DNA of 64,000 bases, from the IMG/VR virus record IMGVR_UViG_3300015262_000001, positions 164,598 through 228,597 of that record, one strand, 5' to 3'. The notes below the pieces were generated by a model. The model made no database searches, had not been told where the DNA came from, and saw nothing but the letters and a program-made list of their open reading frames with translations. Positions 36,104 through 45,751 of the stretch are shown in pieces (positions within the stretch are counted from its first letter, which is position 1; each line of letters starts with the position of its first letter). Position numbers and translations under genes: made by a program.

Positions 36104-39100
36104 ATGGGGTTCGAAACGCGCGCAGCGACTAGAGGGAACAAGTCGGTCGACTACACCAGGATTCGTGAGAACATCAAGAGTGTGTCGCCAGCCATTGCAG
36201 CTACCTTGCGCAACGCGACGCCTAAAAATGGGGTCGCTCCTGATCGTGAGGAAGTTGGTGGTACGAAGACCATCAACGAATATAAGCTCAGTCGACTGAG
36301 CAACATTATCAGTAATAACATCAACTCGGCATATGACCTGCGGGCCATTACACCGATGATTGATAAGGCCAACTTGATCTGGAACACGATCATTCTGTAC
36401 CCTAACGGGAAACAGGACAAGATGTTGACCTACGATACCCAGAGCACGAAAATTAAAAACGCGGCTCTGCACACCAGCCTGCTGGCCATCTGGGACGATT
36501 ATTACACCAATGACTATAAGATCGAGTCGCTTTTAAAGAAGATGCTCGACGATATCATGTGGAATACCGGGTCCTACGCGATCTTTAACCTGAGCCGTCC
36601 AGGCTTGGATTACTTGATCAACGGCTCCGAAGTTGACCCTTCCAAACGGACGGGTAACGAGGATTACCTTAGGGCCAAAGGTGAACTGGAGCGTGAGTTC
36701 ATTCAGGTCGATGGCAAGACCAAGATCAAGAACAAGGGTCGCTTTGTCCGTAACCCTTATGCGGCTAAAACAGCTGCTGCTGGATCTGTCAGTGGTTTGG
36801 AAGCTTTGTTTACCACGGGTGCCGATTTTGCTGAAGAAGAGTTCCCGATCTTCGATCCGGAAGAGGACAAAGAAAACAACTGGGGCATCACCATCACCGA
36901 TAACCCGGCGGTGCTGTACCTCCAGAAGTTCCAGGAGGCCAAGCGTGACCGTGACATCAAATCGGTAATGGGTGCAGAGAGTTTTGATAACATCATCTCT
37001 TCTGCAATGAAGTCACAGAAAACCCGTGACGACGAAGCGGCTAAGGCTCAAGAGGACGAGGACAAGAAGGGCGGTAAGGATAAGAAGCCTGCAAAGGCGA
37101 CTAAAGATAAGCCCGACAGTGCCACTACTCAGAACCTGACTGAAGACCAGTTGAACAACCTGAACGCTTCTGTGTTCAAGTCGCGCAACATTCGTACTCA
37201 GTCGTTGCAGTTCATCAAGTCTAATGACTCGTTGAGCGTTGCGCCTTACGGTCGTGGTCTGAGCTGGCACATTCCTTCTGAAGCAATCTTCCCGATCCAC
37301 TTCAACGGCAGTAACGGCAAGATCGATGACTACATCATCCTGCTGGATCCAGAGACCGGTGCGTTCCTCAAGAACACTGACGACCCAGAGTTCTACCAGT
37401 CGCTGGCGAAGAATAAGGACAGCATCACCAACAAGAACAAGATGGGTAGTGAGAACTCGCTCATCTCCAGTTTGCGTACGGTGCAGTCCGGTAAGCCTTG
37501 TGACTTCGACATGTCTGAGTTTGCGGATATGGCTGAGAAGAGCATTGTCCGTCAGTTCATCTCTTCTGTTTATAGCGATAAGGGTAATAGTATCAGCATT
37601 ACCCTGGATGAGGAGGTCAACAAGATCTTCCTGTCGCGTATCTTCAAGAAGCAGGGTGTGCGCTGTCTGTATGTGCCCGGCGAGGCTGTCTCGTACGGCG
37701 CCATCAAGTACAACCGTCTGGGTGTGGGTCAATCCCTTACTCAAGCGGCGAAGATGCACATCGCTCGTCTGGCGGCCTATGACGTCGCTGATGCACTGGC
37801 CAACCTGGAAGCGGCTCAACCTCATACCGAGATGGTAATCAACATCGAGAAAGAGGATGCCGATCCGGAGCAAACCATTGCGGTTGCACGGGCTACCTTC
37901 TTTGACACTAACCCTAAGCTACACTCCATCCTGTCTACGGCCCAGCTGTCGGTTCCTCAGGTAGTGGATGCATTGCGGGAAGCGTCTCTGTCGGTTAAGG
38001 TGAATGCGGGTGACAACGTTCACTTGCCTACGCCGGATATCAGCACCCAGGGTAAACAGAAGGATAACTTCAAACCTGTTGACCAGGAAAGCCGTGACGC
38101 AGTAATGAACTCCATCTCCAACTACTTCAACCTGCCCCGTGCATGGCTGGACGTAGCGGATGATCAGAACAACTTCAAGATTGAAGCGGTTACTGAGTAC
38201 GAGATGGTGTTTAACCAGGCGATCAACTGGCAGGAAATGATCTGCGACTTCTTGATTGACTTCATGCGCAAGCATACCCGAGTCAACGGTCCTCTGATGC
38301 AAGACCTTGTTCAGTGTATTCTGGACAACAAGAAGCTGTGGAAGCCTGACAGTAAAGATGTATTGGAAGGCAGCGATGAGGAAAAGGTCAAGGTTATCTT
38401 GGCAGACTTCTTTACCTCGATTTACGTGTACCTACCAGTACCTACCAGTACCGAGTCGACTAACAAGCTGAAGGATAGCCTGGAAGCCGTAACAGCGCTG
38501 GTAGCGTCTTGGGAAGAGGCTGCGGGTAACAACGGTGTCCTGCCTCAGATCTTGAAGGCGCTGAACATCAATGATGAAGACTTCACTGCTGAAGAGATCA
38601 AGTCCATGGTCAAATCAGCGTTGACGTCGGAAGCATTCCGACGGTTTAACCTGCCGATGCCGTTTGATGACATTGTTAACGAAGGTAAAGGTGGTGGTAT
38701 TGCATCGTTTGTACAGCAGATGATCCACCAGCGTGTCAACACTGCAACCTTTGTGGCTGATCTCATCGAGGGGATTACCGACTCCAACAAGAAACTCCAG
38801 AAACAATACGTGGATAAGTTGGCGAAGAAACTTGCGCCTCCTGAACCAGAAGTTGTTGAAGGCGAGGAAGGTGGTGGTGATGGGCTTAATACTGATGATA
38901 GCCTTACTGGCGGATCTTCTGAGGATGATCTGGGCGCGGGTACGGGTGCGGACGATCAAGACATTGATGCTCCTATCAGTGATACTGATGCTCCTGTCGA
39001 TGCTGATCTGGACACAGATACACAGCCTGTGGAAGATGACACCCTTCCGCCGGATGGCGATAAACCAACTGGGGATAAAGATCCAGGCGGTAAAGCGTTC

Positions 39101-39130
39101 AATCCGTTCAGTGCTAATAAAGACGAATAA
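36104..39130 (+). CDS. portal protein (phiKZ gp129-like)
   Basis: About 1000 aa; LDPETG, RCLYVP and NYFNLP-type motifs; G-x-E processing sites in the N-terminal part; synteny. Start moved to ATG 36104 (GAGG SD). Confidence 0.75.
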   Translation: MGFETRAATRGNKSVDYTRIRENIKSVSPAIAATLRNATPKNGVAPDREEVGGTKTINEYKLSRLSNIISNNINSAYDLRAITPMIDKANLIWNTIILYPNGKQDKMLTYDTQSTKIKNAALHTSLLAIWDDYYTNDYKIESLLKKMLDDIMWNTGSYAIFNLSRPGLDYLINGSEVDPSKRTGNEDYLRAKGELEREFIQVDGKTKIKNKGRFVRNPYAAKTAAAGSVSGLEALFTTGADFAEEEFPIFDPEEDKENNWGITITDNPAVLYLQKFQEAKRDRDIKSVMGAESFDNIISSAMKSQKTRDDEAAKAQEDEDKKGGKDKKPAKATKDKPDSATTQNLTEDQLNNLNASVFKSRNIRTQSLQFIKSNDSLSVAPYGRGLSWHIPSEAIFPIHFNGSNGKIDDYIILLDPETGAFLKNTDDPEFYQSLAKNKDSITNKNKMGSENSLISSLRTVQSGKPCDFDMSEFADMAEKSIVRQFISSVYSDKGNSISITLDEEVNKIFLSRIFKKQGVRCLYVPGEAVSYGAIKYNRLGVGQSLTQAAKMHIARLAAYDVADALANLEAAQPHTEMVINIEKEDADPEQTIAVARATFFDTNPKLHSILSTAQLSVPQVVDALREASLSVKVNAGDNVHLPTPDISTQGKQKDNFKPVDQESRDAVMNSISNYFNLPRAWLDVADDQNNFKIEAVTEYEMVFNQAINWQEMICDFLIDFMRKHTRVNGPLMQDLVQCILDNKKLWKPDSKDVLEGSDEEKVKVILADFFTSIYVYLPVPTSTESTNKLKDSLEAVTALVASWEEAAGNNGVLPQILKALNINDEDFTAEEIKSMVKSALTSEAFRRFNLPMPFDDIVNEGKGGGIASFVQQMIHQRVNTATFVADLIEGITDSNKKLQKQYVDKLAKKLAPPEPEVVEGEEGGGDGLNTDDSLTGGSSEDDLGAGTGADDQDIDAPISDTDAPVDADLDTDTQPVEDDTLPPDGDKPTGDKDPGGKAFNPFSANKDE

Positions 39131-39154
39131 ATAGCAAAAAAAGAAAGAACCATA

Positions 39155-39192
39155 GCTAACCCTCCTAGCCCGCAAAGGCTAGGAGGGTTAGC
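39155..39192. terminator. bidirectional terminator
   Basis: 16-bp stem GCTAACCCTCCTAGCC/GGCTAGGAGGGTTAGC between convergent genes. Confidence 0.8.
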
Positions 39193-39203
39193 CTTATGGC
39201 TGC

Positions 39204-39827
39204 TTACTGCTGTTCAGCATCTGGAGTAGGTTCTGCTACTTCCCCAGCAGGTTGCTGGGCAGCAATGATGGACGCACGAATGCGATCAGTCATGCCGACG
39301 AGCGCGAGCAGAACTTCTTCGCCGTGTTGTGCGCTCAGTTCAGCTTCGAGCGATTCGAGGCTGTTGATGGAGTTGTAACGCTCCACGAGTTCAGCATCGG
39401 TAGGCCCGGCGACAGGAACTTCGACCTTGATCGGTTCGATGGTTGCTGTTACAGCCGCGGTGATGCGCTGCTGCATGCTGAGGAGGGCTTCTGCCAACTC
39501 GTCAGTCACACCGGATTCGTCAGTACCGATAGCAGCTACTGCGTAGCCTTCAACCAGTTCGGGCAGGGAGCCAATGGAAGCAAGAGCAACCAGGCCTTCG
39601 TGGGTACTGAGTACCTTGCGAACTTCAATCGCTTGAGGAACAGGTGGTTGGACAACTTCACCAACAACAGCAATCAGACGATCCTTGGCCAGCGAGATCA
39701 AGCCATCGCCAGTTGGGAACGGGTCGTTGGCATAACGCTGTTGGCACGCGTGTACTTGCACGAGGCGATGGTTAGCCAGCAGGTTGGCGACGTCACCATT
39801 GGTAAGATGTGCGTAAGTAGTAGACAT
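39204..39827 (-). CDS. acidic hypothetical protein (207 aa)
   Basis: GAGAGAG SD; codon usage looks like that of the highly expressed genes. Confidence 0.75.
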   Translation of the reverse strand: MSTTYAHLTNGDVANLLANHRLVQVHACQQRYANDPFPTGDGLISLAKDRLIAVVGEVVQPPVPQAIEVRKVLSTHEGLVALASIGSLPELVEGYAVAAIGTDESGVTDELAEALLSMQQRITAAVTATIEPIKVEVPVAGPTDAELVERYNSINSLESLEAELSAQHGEEVLLALVGMTDRIRASIIAAQQPAGEVAEPTPDAEQQ

Positions 39828-39896
39828 CGGGTCTCTCTCTTTGGTTACGGATGGGTTTCTACAAAGGATGTTAATGCAAAAAATAAAGAAGGTTTA

Positions 39897-39918
39897 CTGT
39901 GCCGGGTTACCGGCACAG
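39897..39918 (-). terminator. intrinsic terminator
   Basis: CTGTGCCGG/CCGGCACAG stem with TTTATTTTTTGC downstream on the minus strand. Confidence 0.65.
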
Positions 39919-39923
39919 GTATA

Positions 39924-40499
39924 TCAGTACATGACTTCTTGTAGGTTAAACGAATAACCAACAAAGCAGAACGTTGGCGGGATACCGGATTCAGCTTTGG
40001 CCCGATTGATTTCTTGAAGAACTTTGTTATCTTCCTTAGGCAGGATAAGAACAAGTTCATCAGTGGCCTGGTTAAGCGCCGACCATTTCTCTCGTCGTTC
40101 CCTTAAGAAAGCCTTGAAGTGTTCGGTTACTTCGGTTCTTGGTGGCCACCAGAGTGGATAAGTCTTATGGAACACCAAAGCTGAAGCGATCATGTCGAAC
40201 TGCTTAACCAGGCGATCCTCATCAGTAAGCACTCCTGCAAAAGAGAAAGACTGTGGTAAGTCGTACCGTTCCTCTTCTACAGGTGCACGACGGTCAACTG
40301 CCAGATCCCAGCTGAGGTTAGGACCCGACTTTTTCAACCGACGTTGTATCTCGTAGACCAGTTCCAGCCCGGTAGGTACGTCTACTTCTTTAAATTCCTT
40401 GGGAGCATCTTTGAACTTAATGACACGATATCCTCCTAGCAAAATACCCAGGTCTTCATCGGTCAAATGTTTGTAGCTCTTTTCTGGTAGTTCGGTCAT
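39924..40499 (-). CDS. hypothetical protein (191 aa)
   Basis: AGGAGA SD. Confidence 0.75.
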   Translation of the reverse strand: MTELPEKSYKHLTDEDLGILLGGYRVIKFKDAPKEFKEVDVPTGLELVYEIQRRLKKSGPNLSWDLAVDRRAPVEEERYDLPQSFSFAGVLTDEDRLVKQFDMIASALVFHKTYPLWWPPRTEVTEHFKAFLRERREKWSALNQATDELVLILPKEDNKVLQEINRAKAESGIPPTFCFVGYSFNLQEVMY

Positions 40500-40508
40500 G
40501 CGGTTCTC

Positions 40509-40874
40509 CTAATGAAGTGTAGGTGGTGACGACGGGGTATTGTTAGCCGAGAAAATATACACCGGGTCAGCTAGATGGTTATCCTTAGGTTTGAGGAGGA
40601 TTACCCAGTCCTTAAAGGGTTGGTGTCTATAGAAGCTTGCAAAGGTCCTGGGGAGTGTCTCAGGAGTTCCTACATATAGAAAAGCGTGGTAGTGTTCCAA
40701 CGTACTAAGAAAGTCGTCGCCACTTACTACAATGCGTAGCTCAGTGACAATATCCTTGGACTGGCGGATAGCTTTTGGCCAACCGTCTACTACAATCATC
40801 CCGGTTATGAAATCCAGGATCTGATCAATCACCGATGTGCCCATTACTGCTGGTGGATGAAGTTTAAGAAGCAT
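40509..40874 (-). CDS. hypothetical protein (121 aa)
   Basis: GAGGA SD. Confidence 0.7.
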   Translation of the reverse strand: MLLKLHPPAVMGTSVIDQILDFITGMIVVDGWPKAIRQSKDIVTELRIVVSGDDFLSTLEHYHAFLYVGTPETLPRTFASFYRHQPFKDWVILLKPKDNHLADPVYIFSANNTPSSPPTLH

Positions 40875-40902
40875 GGCTGTTTCCTCATAAGGGACAAAAA
40901 AT

Positions 40903-40925
40903 AAAGGGGAGCTAACTCCCCCTTA
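40903..40925 (-). terminator. intrinsic terminator
   Basis: AAGGGGAG/CTCCCC stem with TTTATTTTTT on the minus strand. Confidence 0.65.
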
Positions 40926-40933
40926 CTTACCGC

Positions 40934-41197
40934 TTAGGCCGCCCTGGCCATAAACAGGTTCAGCAGACTACCATTGAACACCATGTGATCTTGCAGTGTC
41001 TTTGGGAATTGCTGAACTTCCATTTGAACCAGTGGGTTATAGAGGCGGGTCTCCAGGAGTGCCCGGTCGCCGCCTTCAACTTCACTGCTGCAACGCAGAA
41101 CTTCCAGCATAGAGCGGAACCGAATTAACTCGACTTCGCACTTAGGGAAATCGCTGGTGGAGAAACCCATCAGCTTGTCGAAGATCTTAGCAACCAT
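40934..41197 (-). CDS. hypothetical protein (87 aa)
   Basis: AAGGAG SD. Confidence 0.7.
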   Translation of the reverse strand: MVAKIFDKLMGFSTSDFPKCEVELIRFRSMLEVLRCSSEVEGGDRALLETRLYNPLVQMEVQQFPKTLQDHMVFNGSLLNLFMARAA

Positions 41198-41228
41198 GAT
41201 TAAACTCCTTTTAGATGGCCTAGTGAAA

Positions 41229-41561
41229 TTACTGAGGCTCGTTTACGAAACAGTCAACGATCGAACAAACTGAACTTGCTACAGCTACACCGAACAGACC
41301 AGACATGGTGCCGCTGATGATCTTGCCTGTGCTGTTAAGCTCTGCAACACCCCACAGAGTACCTACTGCATAACCGGCAACTGCGCCAGCTACACCACCT
41401 GCGATACCGCTGCCCAGGGAACTGCCCTGAGATACACATGCCGCTGCACCAACTACTGCACCAACTACGCCACAGACTTGGCCAACGCTTACACCGTCAT
41501 TACGATCGCCGTAGAAAGATTTCATAGCGGCAGCACGTTCTGCTTGATTAAAATTAGTCAT
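41229..41561 (-). CDS. small glycine-zipper membrane protein (110 aa)
   Basis: GVVGAVVGAA, GSGIAGGVAGAVAGYAVG and SGTMSGLFGVA segments; GGGAG SD. Confidence 0.75.
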   Translation of the reverse strand: MTNFNQAERAAAMKSFYGDRNDGVSVGQVCGVVGAVVGAAACVSQGSSLGSGIAGGVAGAVAGYAVGTLWGVAELNSTGKIISGTMSGLFGVAVASSVCSIVDCFVNEPQ

Positions 41562-41604
41562 GTTGTAACTCCCATTGGGTTTAGTATGAAAGACTTAATT
41601 GTCT

Positions 41605-41648
41605 TAATCACCCAAGTAATATAGACGTGAAACTAACTGTATCTTAAA
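41605..41648 (-). promoter_or_regulatory. extended early promoter, second copy
   Basis: TTTAAGATACAG-N10-GTCTATATTACTTG, same spacing as 3168-3211. Confidence 0.75.
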
Positions 41649-41671
41649 AAAAAACAAAATGCGTAATAGAC

Positions 41672-41703
41672 AGTAACCTACCGGGGCTACCCGGTAGGTT
41701 ACT
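41672..41703 (-). terminator. terminator hairpin
   Basis: 14-bp stem AGTAACCTACCGGG/CCCGGTAGGTTACT. Confidence 0.75.
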
Positions 41704-41727
41704 TATCTTAAACGTCCGTGTGACTAC

Positions 41728-44055
41728 TTAGCTCAATGCCAACAGGCACAGTGGCTTTTCACGTGATACGAAACGCAGTGTAGCAACGTTACGATCAATC
41801 GTGGAATAGCTGAACAGCCACATGCCGCCGCTTTCGGTAAACCGCAGCAGTTTGTCAGTAACCATGACGTCATCATCTTCCGTCATGGTTTCATCAAAGC
41901 CGTCTTCAATCATCTTGAAGTATTCCGGCCATTTACTACGTTTGATACGAACGGGCACGTTGGCTTCGGTATACGCTGGACCGGTACGCTTGTTGATCAC
42001 ATTGATATACATGTGACGACCAACAACCAGTTCCAACTCACCTTTCACCAGATCAACAACCGACGGTTCTTTACCTTCACCCACTACATACGGGTTAATG
42101 TAGTCGAACATTCGGATAGATTCGTTGAGATAGTTTGCTTTCTCAACTTCCACCAGATGTAGCATTGTTTCTGGATCATGTTGCTTCAACCAATCGATCA
42201 GCGCACGGTAGTCAGTCAGGATGTTGTTAACCGACAAATGCCCTACGCCGTTCTTGTTCGAGTTGTAACCCGCACAGTTGATCAGCCAGTTGTTGAGAAC
42301 CTGCGTCAGATGCGTGCCAATGAATTTGATCAGGTCAGAACTGACCTTGCCTTGGACATCATAACGACCGACGGCCGCTACTGCATTGACGAAGCTTGCA
42401 CGATCAATGTTGTCCTTGAACAAGAACGCTAGATCTTCGTGCAGTAAATCTTTTTCTTCCTTGCTCTTGCAGGTGTAGGTGTCCCAGTTAACAGCATGGA
42501 AACCCACGGCATTGATCTTGGTGAAGTTCCTGGTCAGGCGGTCATTCAGTGTATCGATGGTGCTTTCCAGCTGTTTGCTGGAGTTGCTAACAACAGGATC
42601 GGTAATTGCAATAACCGGTACTGCCTGTTCCATCTTCTCTACCGTTTCGATTGGAATGTCCATGGTTTTCTCAACCACAACATCAGCCAACGGGAACGGC
42701 TTAACTACCCAGGAGTCATCCAACTCGTCTGGGTTTTCCAACAGTGGTAACAACTTAGCTGGGTCCGTGAGGACAGTTTGCATTTCGAGGCCCTCTTTGC
42801 GGACGATAGTACTGAACCACCCACTGTCGGTATCGAGGTCGATGATGACAATACGGAAGCAGTCCTTGAGAACCGTTTCCTCTGCCTTCTGTTCCTCGTG
42901 ACGACGGTAAGCGTGTTGAATTTTCTTCCAGTCACTTTCCGGGATGAAATAGTGATTGGGTTTGCCGATGTTGTAAAAGAACCGGTTGAGTCTGAACTCA
43001 CCACGATTGCCCGGGTTCAGGTTGTTGAAGTCTTGACGTACCTCATCCCAACTTTTCATAACCTCACCTCCAATAACAAGTGATCTGTCTTGAGGGGCTT
43101 GTTTATACTGTCCCCGGTTCATGGCATTGTTTTGTACCATGCGATAAATGTCTTGCATGGCTTCATCCTGATAACCCACTGATGCTGCAACAGGTGGTGG
43201 ATCAAACGAACGTTGCACGTAGTCTGACGCCGGACCGTAAAGAATGTTGTAGTCGGTACGGGTCGATTCAGGACGTTTGAACTCCAGGTTGTTGTACGGC
43301 GACGTCTGGTTAAAGATGTCGTATACAGCAGCAGCAGCTTCCTTAAAGTTCTCCAGGTTGCTAATGCGAGCCTGGATAGCTTTGGTCAACCGGTTGGTGT
43401 AACGACGACCGTTAGGGGACTTCATCAACCAGTTGATCATTTCAAAGAACAAAATGTTGCGACAGGCAATGAACGCCGTGTTCAGATACTCAGCTTGCTG
43501 CAACTGATCACGATTACCATTGCGCAGCATCTCAATCAGGCCTTTACCAAAGAACGGCATGGCATTGATTGCAATAACGCGAGTGAACTCATGCTGCTTG
43601 TTAACGTCTTCAATAAACGCGTTACGGATCTCGTCGACCTGCTGCATCTCGTTCAGACGAAAGTCTTCACGAGCTTTACGGTACTCTTCAAAGAAAGGAC
43701 CAGCACGGTGATAGATCTGTTGCAGGAACATCTGCATTGCACCAGCCACCCGGTCAATCAAGTAGGCGTTACTGGTTGGATCGTTTTCTTGACTGGTGCG
43801 TAGTGAGCGGAGTGCTTCATCTTCATAAAGACTGCCGCTCACGCCACCCCAGTTAAAACCACCACCACTTTGAGCGTTGGTGTTGTTCAGGTTTTGCGAC
43901 ATGATGTTGCGGATTACATCACCCGGTGACATGTTAGCGTTAGCTTGCATCGGGTTGTTCTGATAACCTGTGCGATTCATCGGGTTCAATGGGTTATTAG
44001 CCCCCATGTTCCCGTCTGGAATCTGCACAGCAGCTGGGTTTGTTGGTTTAATCAT
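41728..44055 (-). CDS. large conserved hypothetical protein (775 aa) with N/Q/M/G-rich N-terminus
   Basis: AGGAG SD; directly downstream of the RNAP subunit gene. Confidence 0.8.
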   Translation of the reverse strand: MIKPTNPAAVQIPDGNMGANNPLNPMNRTGYQNNPMQANANMSPGDVIRNIMSQNLNNTNAQSGGGFNWGGVSGSLYEDEALRSLRTSQENDPTSNAYLIDRVAGAMQMFLQQIYHRAGPFFEEYRKAREDFRLNEMQQVDEIRNAFIEDVNKQHEFTRVIAINAMPFFGKGLIEMLRNGNRDQLQQAEYLNTAFIACRNILFFEMINWLMKSPNGRRYTNRLTKAIQARISNLENFKEAAAAVYDIFNQTSPYNNLEFKRPESTRTDYNILYGPASDYVQRSFDPPPVAASVGYQDEAMQDIYRMVQNNAMNRGQYKQAPQDRSLVIGGEVMKSWDEVRQDFNNLNPGNRGEFRLNRFFYNIGKPNHYFIPESDWKKIQHAYRRHEEQKAEETVLKDCFRIVIIDLDTDSGWFSTIVRKEGLEMQTVLTDPAKLLPLLENPDELDDSWVVKPFPLADVVVEKTMDIPIETVEKMEQAVPVIAITDPVVSNSSKQLESTIDTLNDRLTRNFTKINAVGFHAVNWDTYTCKSKEEKDLLHEDLAFLFKDNIDRASFVNAVAAVGRYDVQGKVSSDLIKFIGTHLTQVLNNWLINCAGYNSNKNGVGHLSVNNILTDYRALIDWLKQHDPETMLHLVEVEKANYLNESIRMFDYINPYVVGEGKEPSVVDLVKGELELVVGRHMYINVINKRTGPAYTEANVPVRIKRSKWPEYFKMIEDGFDETMTEDDDVMVTDKLLRFTESGGMWLFSYSTIDRNVATLRFVSREKPLCLLALS

Positions 44056-44079
44056 TACACACTCCTAACACCCCCTGGA

Positions 44080-45741
44080 TTAAGCAAAGGGTTCGCGGTA
44101 GCGTAGGCGTTTATCCGTCTTCTCAAACAGCCACTTCAGCGATGGGTCCAACGCTGTTGTTTTGCCTTGAATCAGATATACACATGGATTGAGATAGCCT
44201 CGACCATCCGGGTAGGGTCCAGTTACCCGAAGGAAGCTGTTTACAAATGCAATGCTCGCATGCGCGCTGCCTGCACTGTCGGTGGGATCAAACTCACCGC
44301 GCTTCTTCGCTTTGGTCGAATTCGTATACACACGATGCTGAGGCATACAACCCAACACATAGTCCACATACGGGCAATCGGTTGGCGTCGCTTCCTGAAT
44401 GAGATTGGTTGTACGTGAATTGTCAATCTCCTTAATGTGAAAGTTGTTGGTCAGGAAACGAGCAACCTTTTTCTGGTTAAGCTCGGAGTTGTTTTTGATC
44501 TCGTGCTTGAACTTGTTGGCGGCTGTGATCAGCTTGTCCAACGTAAACTCCAAACTCGCCAGTTCCTTGTGGAACATGTCTGCGCGATCCGTGGTCTGCA
44601 CAATCTCACTGCGGTTGGCAATGATGTAGTTAAACAACTCAAACATGTTGCTCACTACGATCGACTGACTGGCAAACTTCTTGATCGAGTCTTCGTCGAG
44701 GTACTCGTTAATGGAATCAAAGTGCTCATTCATCAAGCGCATGATGTAATCATTACTGTCACCGGCTTTTACCGAGCAACGACCAATGATCAACTTCCAA
44801 TAATCCGGGTTATCGATATGGTCGATATCGAAGTACGACGAGAGGCAGTCGATTACGAACAGCAGAGCACTGGCATACTGCAAGCCCATTGCACTGAGTT
44901 CCTTACGCTTGCTCGATTTGTTGCGAATTGCAATGCCGTAGTCATGAGGAACAAACTCCCCCAGGTACTTGGCGTTACCAGAACGACTGGCGCGGGTAAA
45001 GATCTCCCAACGGTCCTCTGGCTTACATTCCGATATCAATACTTCAATAGGTGCAATTTCATAATCACACTCACCAAAGATATCAATCGCTTTACTGAAC
45101 CCCATGTCAGCAAAGGTATACCAAGCCAACAGCGGCATAGGTGTTTTGGTATCGTTGATCTTGCGGGACTCAGTCGGGCTGTAGAAGCGGTTAGCCGCCA
45201 GGTTCAGCTCGGTGGTCTTGTACGTCAAGTTACCCGTGTCGGTGAAAACCTGGGAGAACTTGAAGTGCTCAGTGCCGATCTTGAACTTAAAGCCCAACAC
45301 CTTAACAAACAAGGCATTCTCTTTAGTGACCGGTAGACCACGTTCAGCCAACACAATCTGCAAGCTGTACTGAGTGCCGCGCAACCACAGATCACCATAC
45401 ACATCGGTATACGGCAACATGGTGTATTGCTGCATCTCGATGATTTCACCCGCCCGGTTAACGTATTCGAACTTCAACTTCACCGGGTACAACGTTTCCT
45501 TGTGGATATCAAACAGCTTGGTACTACTCTGGATCAAGTGGCTGATGTATTCATCAGGATCCACTTCTTCAACACACTTGAAAAACACGCCGCGCTTTTC
45601 GATGCTCTTAAAGATCATCTTTAGGCAGTTCTCGTAATAGTGAACAGCACCCTCAAACTCGTTCTGATGGAATCCCTCGGTTATCGTTGAGTTAAACCGT
45701 GGCATTGAGTTATCAATGGCTCTGGCTAGTTTAAGTGACAT
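44080..45741 (-). CDS. non-virion RNA polymerase beta-like subunit, N-terminal part (phiKZ gp123-like)
   Basis: 553 aa; MPRFN, LPYTD..G.LWLRGTQY..QIVLAERG and EATPTDCP motifs; located two genes from the major capsid gene. Confidence 0.75.
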   Translation of the reverse strand: MSLKLARAIDNSMPRFNSTITEGFHQNEFEGAVHYYENCLKMIFKSIEKRGVFFKCVEEVDPDEYISHLIQSSTKLFDIHKETLYPVKLKFEYVNRAGEIIEMQQYTMLPYTDVYGDLWLRGTQYSLQIVLAERGLPVTKENALFVKVLGFKFKIGTEHFKFSQVFTDTGNLTYKTTELNLAANRFYSPTESRKINDTKTPMPLLAWYTFADMGFSKAIDIFGECDYEIAPIEVLISECKPEDRWEIFTRASRSGNAKYLGEFVPHDYGIAIRNKSSKRKELSAMGLQYASALLFVIDCLSSYFDIDHIDNPDYWKLIIGRCSVKAGDSNDYIMRLMNEHFDSINEYLDEDSIKKFASQSIVVSNMFELFNYIIANRSEIVQTTDRADMFHKELASLEFTLDKLITAANKFKHEIKNNSELNQKKVARFLTNNFHIKEIDNSRTTNLIQEATPTDCPYVDYVLGCMPQHRVYTNSTKAKKRGEFDPTDSAGSAHASIAFVNSFLRVTGPYPDGRGYLNPCVYLIQGKTTALDPSLKWLFEKTDKRLRYREPFA

Positions 45742-45751
45742 GGATGCTCCG

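Noticed and set aside
38425-38452. Short tandem CTACCAGTAC repeat in the portal gene
   Set aside because: Two copies within coding sequence (LPVPTST); trivial.
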